From contig CAYJVY010000002.1 in assembly GCA_964373795.1 (NCBI GenBank), positions 54,207 to 86,206 of the forward strand: a DNA stretch of 32,000 nucleotides, given 5' to 3'. The position numbers and the translations under genes were made by a program. A model generated the notes under the pieces. The model did not search any database. It saw nothing but the letters and a program-made list of their open reading frames with translations, and was not told the DNA's origin. This DNA comes from an uncultured archaeon (GTDB lineage: Archaea; Iainarchaeota; Iainarchaeia; Iainarchaeales; DATDZZ01). Shown here piece by piece: positions 24,610 to 32,000 of the stretch. How positions within the stretch are numbered: the first letter of the stretch is position 1; each line of letters opens with the position of its first letter.

Positions 24610-25197
24610 TTATTGGATTTTTTCAATTTCTTGAAAAACTAATTCTTTATAGTTTTTAGTAATTTCTGATTCTTTTTCAAAAAACGAAATAGTTTCCAAA
24701 ACTTGCTCTTTTAAGGCAAATAATTCATGGATTTGATTTGATTCAATTGCATTCAGTGAAGCTTTTTTTGAATTTAATTCATGCAGTCTTGTTTCAAGGT
24801 CTTGTAATGCAAATTTTGACTTCATTAATTTGTCCAACACTGAATTCAAGGCAAATTCTAAAGAAGATTGAATACTTGATTTAAGTAAAGAAAAATATTT
24901 TGATTTTTTGCCAAGTTTTTGCAGGCTCTCCAAATTCTTTTCCAAAGAACTAGTGTTAATTAATTTTTCTAATTTAATTGGTTTTGGAATAGAGTAAAGC
25001 TGCACCCAAAGCTTTGCTTCTTTTTCTTGTAATTTAGAAAAATCAATTGAATTTGATTTAACTCCAAGTCTAGTAATTAAAGAACTGGTTTTAGATAACC
25101 TTGAACGAATTTTTTCTAATTCATCAATTTTTTCTAAGTATTCTTTTGAATGAATTTTTTTATCAAAGCCGTAAACTAGTTGAGAAAAATTAGTCAT
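24610..25197 (-). CDS. Hypothetical coiled-coil protein (195 aa)
   Basis: Long ORF, heptad-like L/E/K/S-rich, with no recognisable motif. Confidence 0.5.
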   Translation of the reverse strand: MTNFSQLVYGFDKKIHSKEYLEKIDELEKIRSRLSKTSSLITRLGVKSNSIDFSKLQEKEAKLWVQLYSIPKPIKLEKLINTSSLEKNLESLQKLGKKSKYFSLLKSSIQSSLEFALNSVLDKLMKSKFALQDLETRLHELNSKKASLNAIESNQIHELFALKEQVLETISFFEKESEITKNYKELVFQEIEKIQ

Positions 25198-25341
25198 TAG
25201 CCTTTCACAAATATATTTATTTGAAGCGAAATATATTTAAGCAAATCCAATTGTTTTTCAAAGAATTTTGCAAGCGGGAATGCTTTAAAAGCATTTCATT
25301 AATTAAATTTTATTGAATTAGATAGTGGGGGAGTTACTAAA

Positions 25342-25743
25342 ATGAATGAGGAAGAAAAAACTGAAAACACAGCAAAAACTGAGAATTTAAACGATGAAGA
25401 ATTTGATGAAGGAGAAGAAGTAGATGAATCAAAGCTTCCTTTTCCTAGAGCTACAATTGTTAACATGCTTAGAAAACATTTAAGTAAAGGAAAACAAATT
25501 AAAGGACAAGTTAAAAGTGAAATGAATATTTGGCTTGGAAAAATGGTTGAAAGAATTGCAAAAAAATTAGATGACTTTCCTTATAGTTATGTTGACGGAG
25601 CAATGCTTAGACAAGCAATTGAACCATATGAAAACCTTCAAGACATTGAGCATGAAAAAGTTAGATTAATTAAACAATTAGAAAGCATTAAAGCTGCATG
25701 TGATGTATTAATCAGTGAAGTAGACAGGAAATTCATAAAGTAA
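25342..25743 (+). CDS. Histone-fold protein with an acidic N-terminal tail and a C-terminal helical extension (133 aa)
   Basis: LPFPRATIVNMLRKHL (alpha1), SKGKQIKG (L1), QVKSEMNIWLGKMVERIAKKLDDF (alpha2), PYSYVDG (L2), AMLRQAIEPY (alpha3). The N-terminal tail is NEEEKTENTAKTENLNDEEFDEGEEVDES. The C-terminal part HEKVRLIKQLESIKAACDVLISEVDRKF looks like an amphipathic helix. SD GGGGGAG lies upstream. Confidence 0.55.
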   Translation: MNEEEKTENTAKTENLNDEEFDEGEEVDESKLPFPRATIVNMLRKHLSKGKQIKGQVKSEMNIWLGKMVERIAKKLDDFPYSYVDGAMLRQAIEPYENLQDIEHEKVRLIKQLESIKAACDVLISEVDRKFIK

Positions 25744-25759
25744 ATTTAACAATTGAAAC

Positions 25760-26059
25760 TCACTGTTTTACTTCCAAAGTTCCTTTTTTTCCTGCTGCAA
25801 CCTGTTTTTCTCCTCTGTATTCACTGCACCAACCATTTTTGATTACAAATTTGTTTCCTTCTTCTACTTGTTCGCATTGCTCGTTCCACAAAGTAACCTT
25901 TATTTCTCCAGTAGCATCTTTTGCAGCTAAATTGCAAACCTTTCCACTTCCACGATCATTTGCATATTGCCTTATTTCTCCTTTTGAAACTACTTCCAAG
26001 TCAAGGGAATCAAAATTTTTATTCACTTGCAAATCTTTTACTTTAGTTATTTCAGTTAT
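25760..26059 (-). CDS. Single OB-fold ssDNA-binding (RPA/SSB-like) protein; non-ATG start likely
   Basis: TEITKVKDLQV..LDLEVVSKGEIRQYANDRGSGKVCNLAAKDATGEIKVTLWNEQCEQVEEGNKFVIKNGWCSEYRGEKQV is an OB-fold pattern. It is paralogous to 29578-29946 (GDATGSVLLTLWDE..VEVGKSY.VENAY). The first 39 codons of the ORF-track model look non-coding. SD AGAGGTGG sits just before an ATA at 26059, and the exact start is uncertain. Confidence 0.55.
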   Translation of the reverse strand: MTEITKVKDLQVNKNFDSLDLEVVSKGEIRQYANDRGSGKVCNLAAKDATGEIKVTLWNEQCEQVEEGNKFVIKNGWCSEYRGEKQVAAGKKGTLEVKQ

Positions 26060-26284
26060 AAAACCACCTCTAAAAAAATAATTAGGCAAAAAACTATTTA
26101 AAAGCTTTTTCAAAAAAAGCTTGCAAAAACAGCCCCGCCAACTGCTTGTTTCAGCCTTGCAGGCTACTCGACACATTTAAAAAATCTCACTTCTTTTTGA
26201 CTTGTTTGTTGAATTAACCAAAAACTGCAGGCAAGGTGAATACAAATCCAAATACAATAAAATTAGTATTTCACTTGTGTAAGT

Positions 26285-26863
26285 TTATTTCATGGTGCCT
26301 AAAATTTGTTTTACTTTTTTCACTATATCCGAAGTAGGATTTCTGAATAAAAATGCATCTAAGGAAGTTTTGTTATGGCATTTCCTACTTTGAGAGGCTT
26401 TTTCAAAATCAATTATTACTGGCAGGAAGTTTTCTTTGCGAATTAAAATATTGCTTCCACGGCCTGCGAGTTGCCCGTGATCTAAACCAATTTCATCCAA
26501 TTTTTTTGCTTGTTCATACAAGGAATCAATTGCTTTTTGCAAAACCTGTTTTGACGGAATTCTGTTAAGCCAATTAGAAAAACTAGTGCCTTCAATGAAT
26601 TCCAATAAAATTGTTTTCAATTCAGAATCAAATGAAATTAATTTAGGGCCAATGCCGTGCTTGTTTGCAAGTTGAAGATTTGCAACTTCTTTTTCAACCA
26701 TATTAATTCTACGAGACTTATCTCTTTCAATCTTTAATGCAAACTTTTTTCCTTCTGCATTGCAAACTAAGTATATTTCGCTTGAAAACCCTTTAGAAAT
26801 TTTATCAATTAATTGCAGCGAATTTTTTTCTAAAAACTTTTCAAGATTTTCCTGAGAAGACAT
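26285..26863 (-). CDS. Small RIO/Bud32-like protein kinase-fold protein with atypical catalytic motifs
   Basis: Gly-loop-like SKGFSSEIYL, VAIK-like FALKIE, LLEFIEG hinge, LDHGQLAGRGSNILI in place of HGDL..N, and IIDFEKAS in place of DFG. Confidence 0.55.
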   Translation of the reverse strand: MSSQENLEKFLEKNSLQLIDKISKGFSSEIYLVCNAEGKKFALKIERDKSRRINMVEKEVANLQLANKHGIGPKLISFDSELKTILLEFIEGTSFSNWLNRIPSKQVLQKAIDSLYEQAKKLDEIGLDHGQLAGRGSNILIRKENFLPVIIDFEKASQSRKCHNKTSLDAFLFRNPTSDIVKKVKQILGTMK

Positions 26864-26883
26864 AAGAATTGCATTAAAAAAAA

Positions 26884-27006
26884 TTATTGTTCAAAAAACT
26901 TTTGCATTGGCTGCCAATAATAAGTTTTCCAACAACCCAAAATTGAGTTCTTTCGACTAAGTATTGCTTTATCTCCAGTAAAAATTGAATGTTTTTTTGA
27001 ATTCAT
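26884..27006 (-). CDS. Possible small protein (40 aa)
   Basis: My hand translation gives MNSKKHSIFTGDKAILSRKNSILGCWKTYYWQPMQKFFEQ. It fills the gap between the YbaK-like stop (27021) and the kinase start (26863) with 14- and 20-nt spacers, and has a weak AAGG upstream. Geometry is the only support. Confidence 0.25.
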   Translation of the reverse strand: MNSKKHSIFTGDKAILSRKNSILGCWKTYYWQPMQKFFEQ

Positions 27007-27020
27007 TAAATTGCCTTAAA

Positions 27021-27488
27021 TTATTTTTTTCTAATATTAACTATTTCTCCTTTACTTGCTTTAAGTAATTCTTTTGAAGAAATCTTTATAAGTGAATTCT
27101 CTGACCCCCCTCCAGTGAAAACAAATTCTTTTTCTAAAACCTTTGAATCAATTAAAAACCTTGCTTGAAAACCAAAAGAAGGAGTTCCTCCACAAGGAAA
27201 CCCGGTTTTATCCAAAATTTCTTTTGGAGTTGCAAGCCTAGGCATTTCATTATTCAAAACTTTTCCAACCTTTGTTGCACTAGCTCTTTCATTTCCTCTA
27301 ACAATTGCAACAACTAAGTTTTCGTGAGAATCAATCATGCAAACATTTTTCACAAAGTCTTCAGGCAAAGCATTTACAACTCTTGCAGCTTCTTCAACTG
27401 AATGACAAGACTCCTGAAAACTTAAATGCTCTGCAACGATATTGTTTTCCTTCAAGAATCTCTTCATTTTTTCTTCAAAAACATTCAT
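27021..27488 (-). CDS. YbaK/ProX-type aminoacyl-tRNA deacylase domain protein
   Basis: 155 aa. KNVCMID...LVVAIVRGNERASATKV and FPCGGTPSFGF resemble the YbaK-family K..(G)G(V/T)SP(F/L)G pattern. Confidence 0.65.
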   Translation of the reverse strand: MNVFEEKMKRFLKENNIVAEHLSFQESCHSVEEAARVVNALPEDFVKNVCMIDSHENLVVAIVRGNERASATKVGKVLNNEMPRLATPKEILDKTGFPCGGTPSFGFQARFLIDSKVLEKEFVFTGGGSENSLIKISSKELLKASKGEIVNIRKK

Positions 27489-27536
27489 AACAAATTAGTA
27501 ATGCAAAACTCTTTTAATTCCCAAATTCATTAATTC

Positions 27537-27668
27537 GTGGTTGAACCGTTCGCGCGGTTGACGCAGGCTGTTTCGCCTGACAAGGGCAAGCTCTGCTTTA
27601 GGCGGTGCACAGCCTCGCCGGCTGCTCGGCGTAACATTCACATCCATCAAGGTACAAGCAAGCTTTTT
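27537..27668. ncRNA. Unclassified GC-rich structured element (candidate ncRNA or leader)
   Basis: ~130 nt at roughly 55-60% GC in an intergenic region that is otherwise very AT-rich. Hairpins: AACCG/CGGTT (27544-27559), CAGGC/GCCTG (27564-27579), AGGC/GCCT (27600-27615), CGCCG/CGGCG (27616-27631). An alternative nested fold pairs AGGCTG (27565-70) with CAGCCT (27610-15) and CGCCT (27574-78) with AGGCG (27600-04). The plus strand ends in GCTTTTT (27662-27668). The strand is not resolved. Confidence 0.45.
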
Positions 27669-27805
27669 AAACCTTTATATCCATCAAATTTAATATAAAT
27701 GATTTTATTAAATAAAATCTATTTTTTAGTGCAGAATTGTTTTTGGCTTAGTGTCAACTACAGTTTTGCAGCCATTAAATAAACTTTTAAGGAGGAATTA
27801 ATTAA

Positions 27806-29455
27806 ATGGCTCAAGCAGATAATGCAAATCAACAAGTTGTTTTTCTTACTGAGGGAAGTAAGAGAACTAAGGGCAGAGAAGCTCAAAGAATAAATATTTT
27901 AATTGCAAAAGCAGTTGCAAATGCAGTTAAATCAACTTTAGGACCTAAAGGAATGGATAAAATGATTGTAGACGAATTAGGAGATATTACTATTTCTAAC
28001 GATGGAGCTACAATTTTGGATCAAATGAGTATTGATCATCCAATAGGGAAAATGATGGTGGAAGTAGCTAAAACTCAGGAAAGCGAAGTAGGAGATGGAA
28101 CTACTACTGCAGTAATAATTGCTGGAACACTACTTCAAAAAGCTGAAAAATTAATTGATGACGAAATTCATCCAACAGTTTTAATTAATGGTTATAGAAT
28201 TGCTGCAAAAAAAGCTAGAGAAATTTTAAACAATACAGCTTCAAAGATCGACATTCAAGATAGTAAAATTCTTGGAAAAATTGCTTTAACTTCAATGACA
28301 GGAAAAAGCGCTGAATCCGCTTCAGAGTTAAGTCAATTAGTTGTAAAAGCAATTACTACTATTGCTGAAGAAAAAGAAGGAAAAATAGTTGTAGACAAAG
28401 ACTTAATTAAATTAGAGAAAAAGACAGGAGAATCTTTAGCTGATAGTATATTAATTAATGGAATAGTTGTAGACAAAGAAATAGTGCATAGTCAAATGCC
28501 TAAGAAATTAACTAATGCAAAAATTGCTTTAATTGATGCAGCTTTAGAAATTAAGAGTCCTGAAACAGACACTAAAGTTGAAATTAATTCTCCTGAACAA
28601 TTACAAGCATTTTTGGATGCAGAGGAAAACACTTTAAGAAAAATGGTTTCAAAAATAAAAGAATCAGGAGCAAACATAGTGTTTTGCCAAAAAGGAATAG
28701 ACGATTTAGCTCAACATTTTTTAGCAAAAGAAAATATTGCCGCAGTTAGAAGAGTTAAAAAATCTGACATGGATAAACTAGCAAAAGCAACTGGTGCACA
28801 AATCGTTGCAAGAATTAATGGATTAACTTCAACTGATTTAGGGCATGCTAAAAAAATTGAGGAAAAAAAAGTTGGCGATGAAAACATGGTTTTCGTTGAA
28901 GACACTAAAAACAATAAAGCTGTTACTTTGATTATTAGAGGAGGATCTGAACACGTAATAGATGAAGCTCAAAGAGCAATTGAAGACGCAATAGGATCTG
29001 TTTCAACTGCAATCAAAGACGGAAAAGTTGTTTTCGGTGGAGGAGCAATTGAAGTAGAAGTTGCAAATCAATTAAGAGAATTCGCTAAAACAATTGGCGG
29101 AAAAGAACAACTAGCAATAAACGAGTTTGCAGATACTTTGGAAGTAGTTCCTAGAACTTTAGCTGAAACAGCTGGAATGGATCCATTAGACACATTAGTT
29201 AACTTGAGATCAAGACATTCAGCTGGAAAAGGTAAAAACATTGGAATCAATGTATACAAAGGAGAATTAGCTGACATGGAAGAATTAAATGTTTTAGAGC
29301 CTTTATCAGTTAAAACTCAAGCAATTATTAGTGGAACTGAAGTAGCTGAAATGATTTTAAGAATTGATGATATCATTGCAGGACAAAGCAAGCCAGGAGC
29401 TAGAGGCGGAATGCCAGGAATGCCTCCAGGCATGCCACCAGGCGAAGACTACTAA
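27806..29455 (+). CDS. ths: Thermosome subunit (group II chaperonin)
   Basis: [26 protein letters not shown], and a C-terminal [13 protein letters not shown] tail. Strong SD AAGGAGGA upstream. Confidence 0.95.
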   Translation: MAQADNANQQVVFLTEGSKRTKGREAQRINILIAKAVANAVKSTLGPKGMDKMIVDELGDITISNDGATILDQMSIDHPIGKMMVEVAKTQESEVGDGTTTAVIIAGTLLQKAEKLIDDEIHPTVLINGYRIAAKKAREILNNTASKIDIQDSKILGKIALTSMTGKSAESASELSQLVVKAITTIAEEKEGKIVVDKDLIKLEKKTGESLADSILINGIVVDKEIVHSQMPKKLTNAKIALIDAALEIKSPETDTKVEINSPEQLQAFLDAEENTLRKMVSKIKESGANIVFCQKGIDDLAQHFLAKENIAAVRRVKKSDMDKLAKATGAQIVARINGLTSTDLGHAKKIEEKKVGDENMVFVEDTKNNKAVTLIIRGGSEHVIDEAQRAIEDAIGSVSTAIKDGKVVFGGGAIEVEVANQLREFAKTIGGKEQLAINEFADTLEVVPRTLAETAGMDPLDTLVNLRSRHSAGKGKNIGINVYKGELADMEELNVLEPLSVKTQAIISGTEVAEMILRIDDIIAGQSKPGARGGMPGMPPGMPPGEDY

Positions 29456-29462
29456 AATTCAA

Positions 29463-29496
29463 AAAAGGGTTTAAACCCTTTTCTTTTTTATTTTTT
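29463..29496 (+). terminator. Palindrome plus T-run downstream of the thermosome gene
   Basis: AAAAGGGTTTAAACCCTTTT (perfect 10-bp arms) followed by CTTTTTTATTTTTT. Confidence 0.55.
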
Positions 29497-29577
29497 AAAT
29501 GTTTTTGAACAAATGATTCTTTTTTAATGTTTTTGAATTAAAATAATTTAATAATTAATATATTAGGGGGAAATAAC

Positions 29578-29946
29578 TTGCAAGAAATAGCAAAACTAAG
29601 ACCTTTTCAAAAAAAAGTAGAAGTAGTTGGAAAAGTTTTAAGCAAAAACGAAGTAAGAGAAGTGACTTCAAAACTAGATAATTCTTCTCATCAAGTAACA
29701 GAAGCATTAATTGGAGATGCAACTGGAAGCGTGTTACTAACTTTATGGGATGAAACAATTGAACAAGTAGAAGTTGGAAAAAGCTATAAAGTTGAAAACG
29801 CTTACACTTCTTTATTCAAAAAATCAATTAGATTAAATATTGGGAGATTTGGAAAATTCACTGAAGCAGATAATTTAAGTGAAGTAAACGAGTCAAACAA
29901 TATTTCTGAAAAAGAATTTGATTTAGGCAGAAGAAGAGAATATTAA
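29578..29946 (+). CDS. Single OB-fold ssDNA-binding (RPA/SSB-like) protein, TTG start
   Basis: SD AGGGGGA lies 6 nt before a TTG. VEVVGKVLSKNEVREV...EALIGDATGSVLLTLWDETIEQVEVGKSYKVENAYTSLFKKSIRLNIG is an OB-fold pattern, paralogous to 25760-26059. Confidence 0.55.
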   Translation: MQEIAKLRPFQKKVEVVGKVLSKNEVREVTSKLDNSSHQVTEALIGDATGSVLLTLWDETIEQVEVGKSYKVENAYTSLFKKSIRLNIGRFGKFTEADNLSEVNESNNISEKEFDLGRRREY

Positions 29947-29947
29947 T

Positions 29948-32000
29948 TTATTTTTCTTCTGCATATAATTCTTTAACTGTTCCACCTAATCTAATCCAAG
30001 CTTCATGCAATAACTGTATTCCTTCATCGTATTTTCCTTGAGCTTCAAGTATTTCATACATATAAGCTCTAACTCCTATTTGTCTTTCATCTGTTTCTGG
30101 AAGCAAGCTTAAAGCTTCATTAAGGTAATCCATTGCTAAATTATTTTTCCAACCTTCTTTAGCAATAATTCCTGCTTCAATTAAATAATGCACTAATTGT
30201 TCTGGATTGCCTGAAAACCTTGCATGATGAAGCAAGTCTCCAATAACTTCTGCATAAACCTTGTCTTGTTCAAGGCCTGGTTCTACACTCATTACTTTGT
30301 TTTCAAATACTTGTAAAGCTTTTTCATGCAATGGAGTTCTTTTTTCACCTTCATACATCATTGAATAAGCAACTTCTTGAGTTAAGTCATGAGCAAAAAT
30401 GAAAGGCCTTTCACCGTTTTGAGAAGGCAATTGTTTAATTAATCCTAGTTCTTCAAGGAATACAAGGTTTCTATCCAAATAAGTTCTTTCACTTTCATCT
30501 AAAAGTTCTTTCAAAACATTTGCATCAAACTCTCTTCCTAATGCACTTGCAGTTTGAATAGTTTTTTTAGCAGTTGCAAGAAGTCCATCAATTCTTTGAG
30601 AAATTGTTGCTTGAATTGTTCCGGGAATTTTTTCCTCCATTTCTTTTAGTTTTACTAAATTAACCTTACACTCTTTTCCTTCTACTTGAATTATTTTTGT
30701 ATCTCTTAAAAATCCAAGCATTTGTTCAATGAAATAAGGAACTCCTTTTGCTTTAGAAATATGCGGCACTACTTTTTCAGGAATTTCTATTACTCCTAAA
30801 AACTTTTTAGATAAATCTAGTGAAGTTGCTTCATCTAAATTACTTAAATCTAATCTGTTTCCTTCATCTAAAAATCTATGAGTAATTCCAGGTCTTTGAT
30901 CTGCCCAAAAAATCACATTAAAGCCTTGCAATTCATCAACTATTTTGGATAAAAAGTTTTCAATTCTTTTATCCATTACATCTCTGTCTTTAACTGCTTC
31001 ATCTTTTGCATAATGCAAGTCCTCTAAACCCAAAACCAATGGAGTTTTCAAAGACCTTGCTTTAACTAAATCAATCAAAGTTGATTGAATTAATTCTACT
31101 CTGGCTTTTGGATCAATGTCTTTTACTTCTTCTAATTCAAATCCTAGTTCATCTAAAACTATTTTAGTTCTCAAGTCAACTAATTTTTCATCCGAATATT
31201 CAGGAGAAATTGGTTCAGTTAAAAGTTCTTTTACTTGTCTTGAAACCTCTGCAATAGCTTCTTCTCTTGATTCTCTACCAGTTAATTTAAAAATATCTCT
31301 TAACCATCCATGCAAAATAGCTGTATTCTTGTCTTTTCCATAAATTGGAATGCTTGAAGTAATTGCATCAAAACCTTGTTCGCGAAGCCTTTTAATTGCT
31401 TCAAATCTAATTCTAGATTTTCCTAGTCCAGCATCTCCCACTACATTGAAAAACCTGTTCTTTCCTGAAACAGGTTGAGCAGTTTTTGCATTAATTAAGT
31501 GTTCTAAAACATGTTTTTCTACTTCACTTAATTCTTCGCTTCTTCCAACAAATTCTGTTGCTTTTTCTCCAAACAAAATATCTAACTTGTTTCTGAGAAC
31601 TTCTCTTTTAACAGTAAAAATATTGATTGGCGCTGAAACTCCTTTATATTTTCTTTGCCCTAATGCTTCAACTTCAAATTCTCCTCCTTTAATTGATCTT
31701 CTAACTCTATCAGAAATAAGAATTTCTCCTTCTCCTGCGCCTTGCATGAAACGAGCAGCAACATTTACTCTGTCTCCGCCTAAATCAGGTTTATTTCCAA
31801 ACCAAGTAATTCCAACTCTTCCAAAATTGATTCCAGAACCTAAACGCAGGTTAACTGTTTCTCCAAATCTTTTTCCAATTGCATTAATTGCTTTATCCAT
31901 TTCCAAAGACAATTGAGTTGCAAAATAAATATCTCTTTCAGTTACTCTATCAGCTCCAAAAGTAATAAAGGCTCCAGTAGCCCCCATTTTTTTAACAAAA
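29948..32000 (-). CDS. Class III adenylate/guanylate cyclase domain + AAA (STAND-like) ATPase + TPR protein, 5'-truncated by the window edge
   Basis: The frame stays open to nt 32000 (..FVKK before the listed Met). Cyclase C-terminal half GDRVNVAARFMQ..GEILISD..KYKGVSAPINIFTV. Walker A VVGDAGLGKSR, Walker B-like LVLGLEDLHYA. C-terminal TPR-like helices (AMDYLNEALSLL..YMYEILEAQGKYDEGIQLLHEA). Confidence 0.75.
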   Translation of the reverse strand, partial: FVKKMGATGAFITFGADRVTERDIYFATQLSLEMDKAINAIGKRFGETVNLRLGSGINFGRVGITWFGNKPDLGGDRVNVAARFMQGAGEGEILISDRVRRSIKGGEFEVEALGQRKYKGVSAPINIFTVKREVLRNKLDILFGEKATEFVGRSEELSEVEKHVLEHLINAKTAQPVSGKNRFFNVVGDAGLGKSRIRFEAIKRLREQGFDAITSSIPIYGKDKNTAILHGWLRDIFKLTGRESREEAIAEVSRQVKELLTEPISPEYSDEKLVDLRTKIVLDELGFELEEVKDIDPKARVELIQSTLIDLVKARSLKTPLVLGLEDLHYAKDEAVKDRDVMDKRIENFLSKIVDELQGFNVIFWADQRPGITHRFLDEGNRLDLSNLDEATSLDLSKKFLGVIEIPEKVVPHISKAKGVPYFIEQMLGFLRDTKIIQVEGKECKVNLVKLKEMEEKIPGTIQATISQRIDGLLATAKKTIQTASALGREFDANVLKELLDESERTYLDRNLVFLEELGLIKQLPSQNGERPFIFAHDLTQEVAYSMMYEGEKRTPLHEKALQVFENKVMSVEPGLEQDKVYAEVIGDLLHHARFSGNPEQLVHYLIEAGIIAKEGWKNNLAMDYLNEALSLLPETDERQIGVRAYMYEILEAQGKYDEGIQLLHEAWIRLGGTVKELYAEEK

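Noticed and set aside
25209-25239. Two copies of the palindromic AAATATATTTA spaced 20 nt apart, and the palindrome AATGCTTT-A-AAAGCATT nearby, upstream of the tailed histone-fold gene.
   Set aside because: The elements are pure AT and are most simply TATA boxes of the divergent promoters. The chance occurrence of such AT-only repeats in ~30% GC intergenic DNA is high.
27537-27668. I tested the GC-rich island as a tRNA (including intron-containing), 5S rRNA, SRP RNA, RNase P RNA, or C/D or H/ACA sRNA.
   Set aside because: On either strand there is no GTTCRANNC T-loop with a matching stem, no 5S loop-C/E motifs (CCGAAC, GUUAAG) and no SRP helix-8 GGAA/AGCA motif. It is too short for SRP or RNase P RNA and has no C/D boxes. 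An ACA is present, but I could not build a two-sided pseudouridylation pocket. It is left unclassified rather than forced into a family.
27537-27716. A 53-codon GTG-initiated ORF (VVEPFARLTQAVSPDKGKLCFRRC...) running through the GC-rich island.
   Set aside because: It has no SD and no ATG, and its Arg/Cys/Pro-rich text is typical of translated structured RNA or GC-rich non-coding DNA. The stacked hairpins explain the sequence better.
331-31916. About 27 ORFs of 60-119 aa in the six-frame track lie antisense to, or out of frame within, longer genes. These are 331-522, 778-1122, 1180-1419, 2475-2675, 4188-4403, 11294-11644, 12104-12376, 13050-13235, 13724-14020, 14010-14267, 14500-14682, 14610-14816, 15596-15799, 15741-15959, 17866-18060, 18894-19253, 19710-19907, 19862-20044, 20985-21284, 25839-26081, 26353-26568, 27305-27490, 28492-28677, 28711-28914, 29068-29277, 29555-29758, 31116-31343 and 31587-31916.
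   Set aside because: Each is fully embedded in a longer ORF that has recognisable motifs or coherent composition. Their translations are low-complexity (F/L/S/I-rich), as expected from reading AT-rich coding DNA in the wrong frame. None has an SD-like motif that I could see.
1-32000. I looked for CRISPR arrays, transposases/IS elements, integrases, and rRNA or tRNA genes.
   Set aside because: I saw no regularly spaced direct repeats and no DDE, serine or tyrosine recombinase-like ORFs. There are no GC-rich cloverleaf candidates other than the unclassified island at 27.5 kb.

Overview
AT-rich window (about 30% GC by eye, with local exceptions) that is densely coding, with short gene gaps and Shine-Dalgarno-like GGAGG motifs. 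The core genes are archaeal: thermosome, tRNA-splicing endonuclease EndA, deoxyhypusine synthase, archaeal/eukaryotic-type TrpRS, two histone-fold proteins and a C/D box sRNA. By inference this is an AT-rich, small-genome (DPANN-like) archaeon. Positions 1-9.6 kb form an accessory cell-surface locus. It holds a 5'-truncated surface protein, then a tight five-gene minus-strand operon built from a duplicated module (N-anchored coiled-coil protein followed by a giant secreted protein). I cannot assign any of these to a named family, and this is my best candidate for an undescribed system. Positions 9.6-11.3 kb hold a RelE-type toxin-antitoxin pair and a compositionally foreign Ala/Arg-rich gene between long AT-rich spacers. 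Positions 11.3-29.9 kb are mostly housekeeping: dys-speB, trpS, endA, bacterial-type folP-folB-folK, trxB, a NikR-like regulator divergent from a ZIP transporter, HAD, HD, kinases, a YbaK-like deacylase, two OB-fold SSB-like genes and the thermosome. Several non-coding signals sit among them: the C/D box sRNA at 23280-23345, an unclassified ~130-nt GC-rich structured island at 27537-27668, a repeated 14-mer, a MazF remnant and a palindromic operator candidate. The window ends in a 5'-truncated class III cyclase / AAA(STAND-like) / TPR gene. I found no rRNA, tRNA, CRISPR array or transposase.
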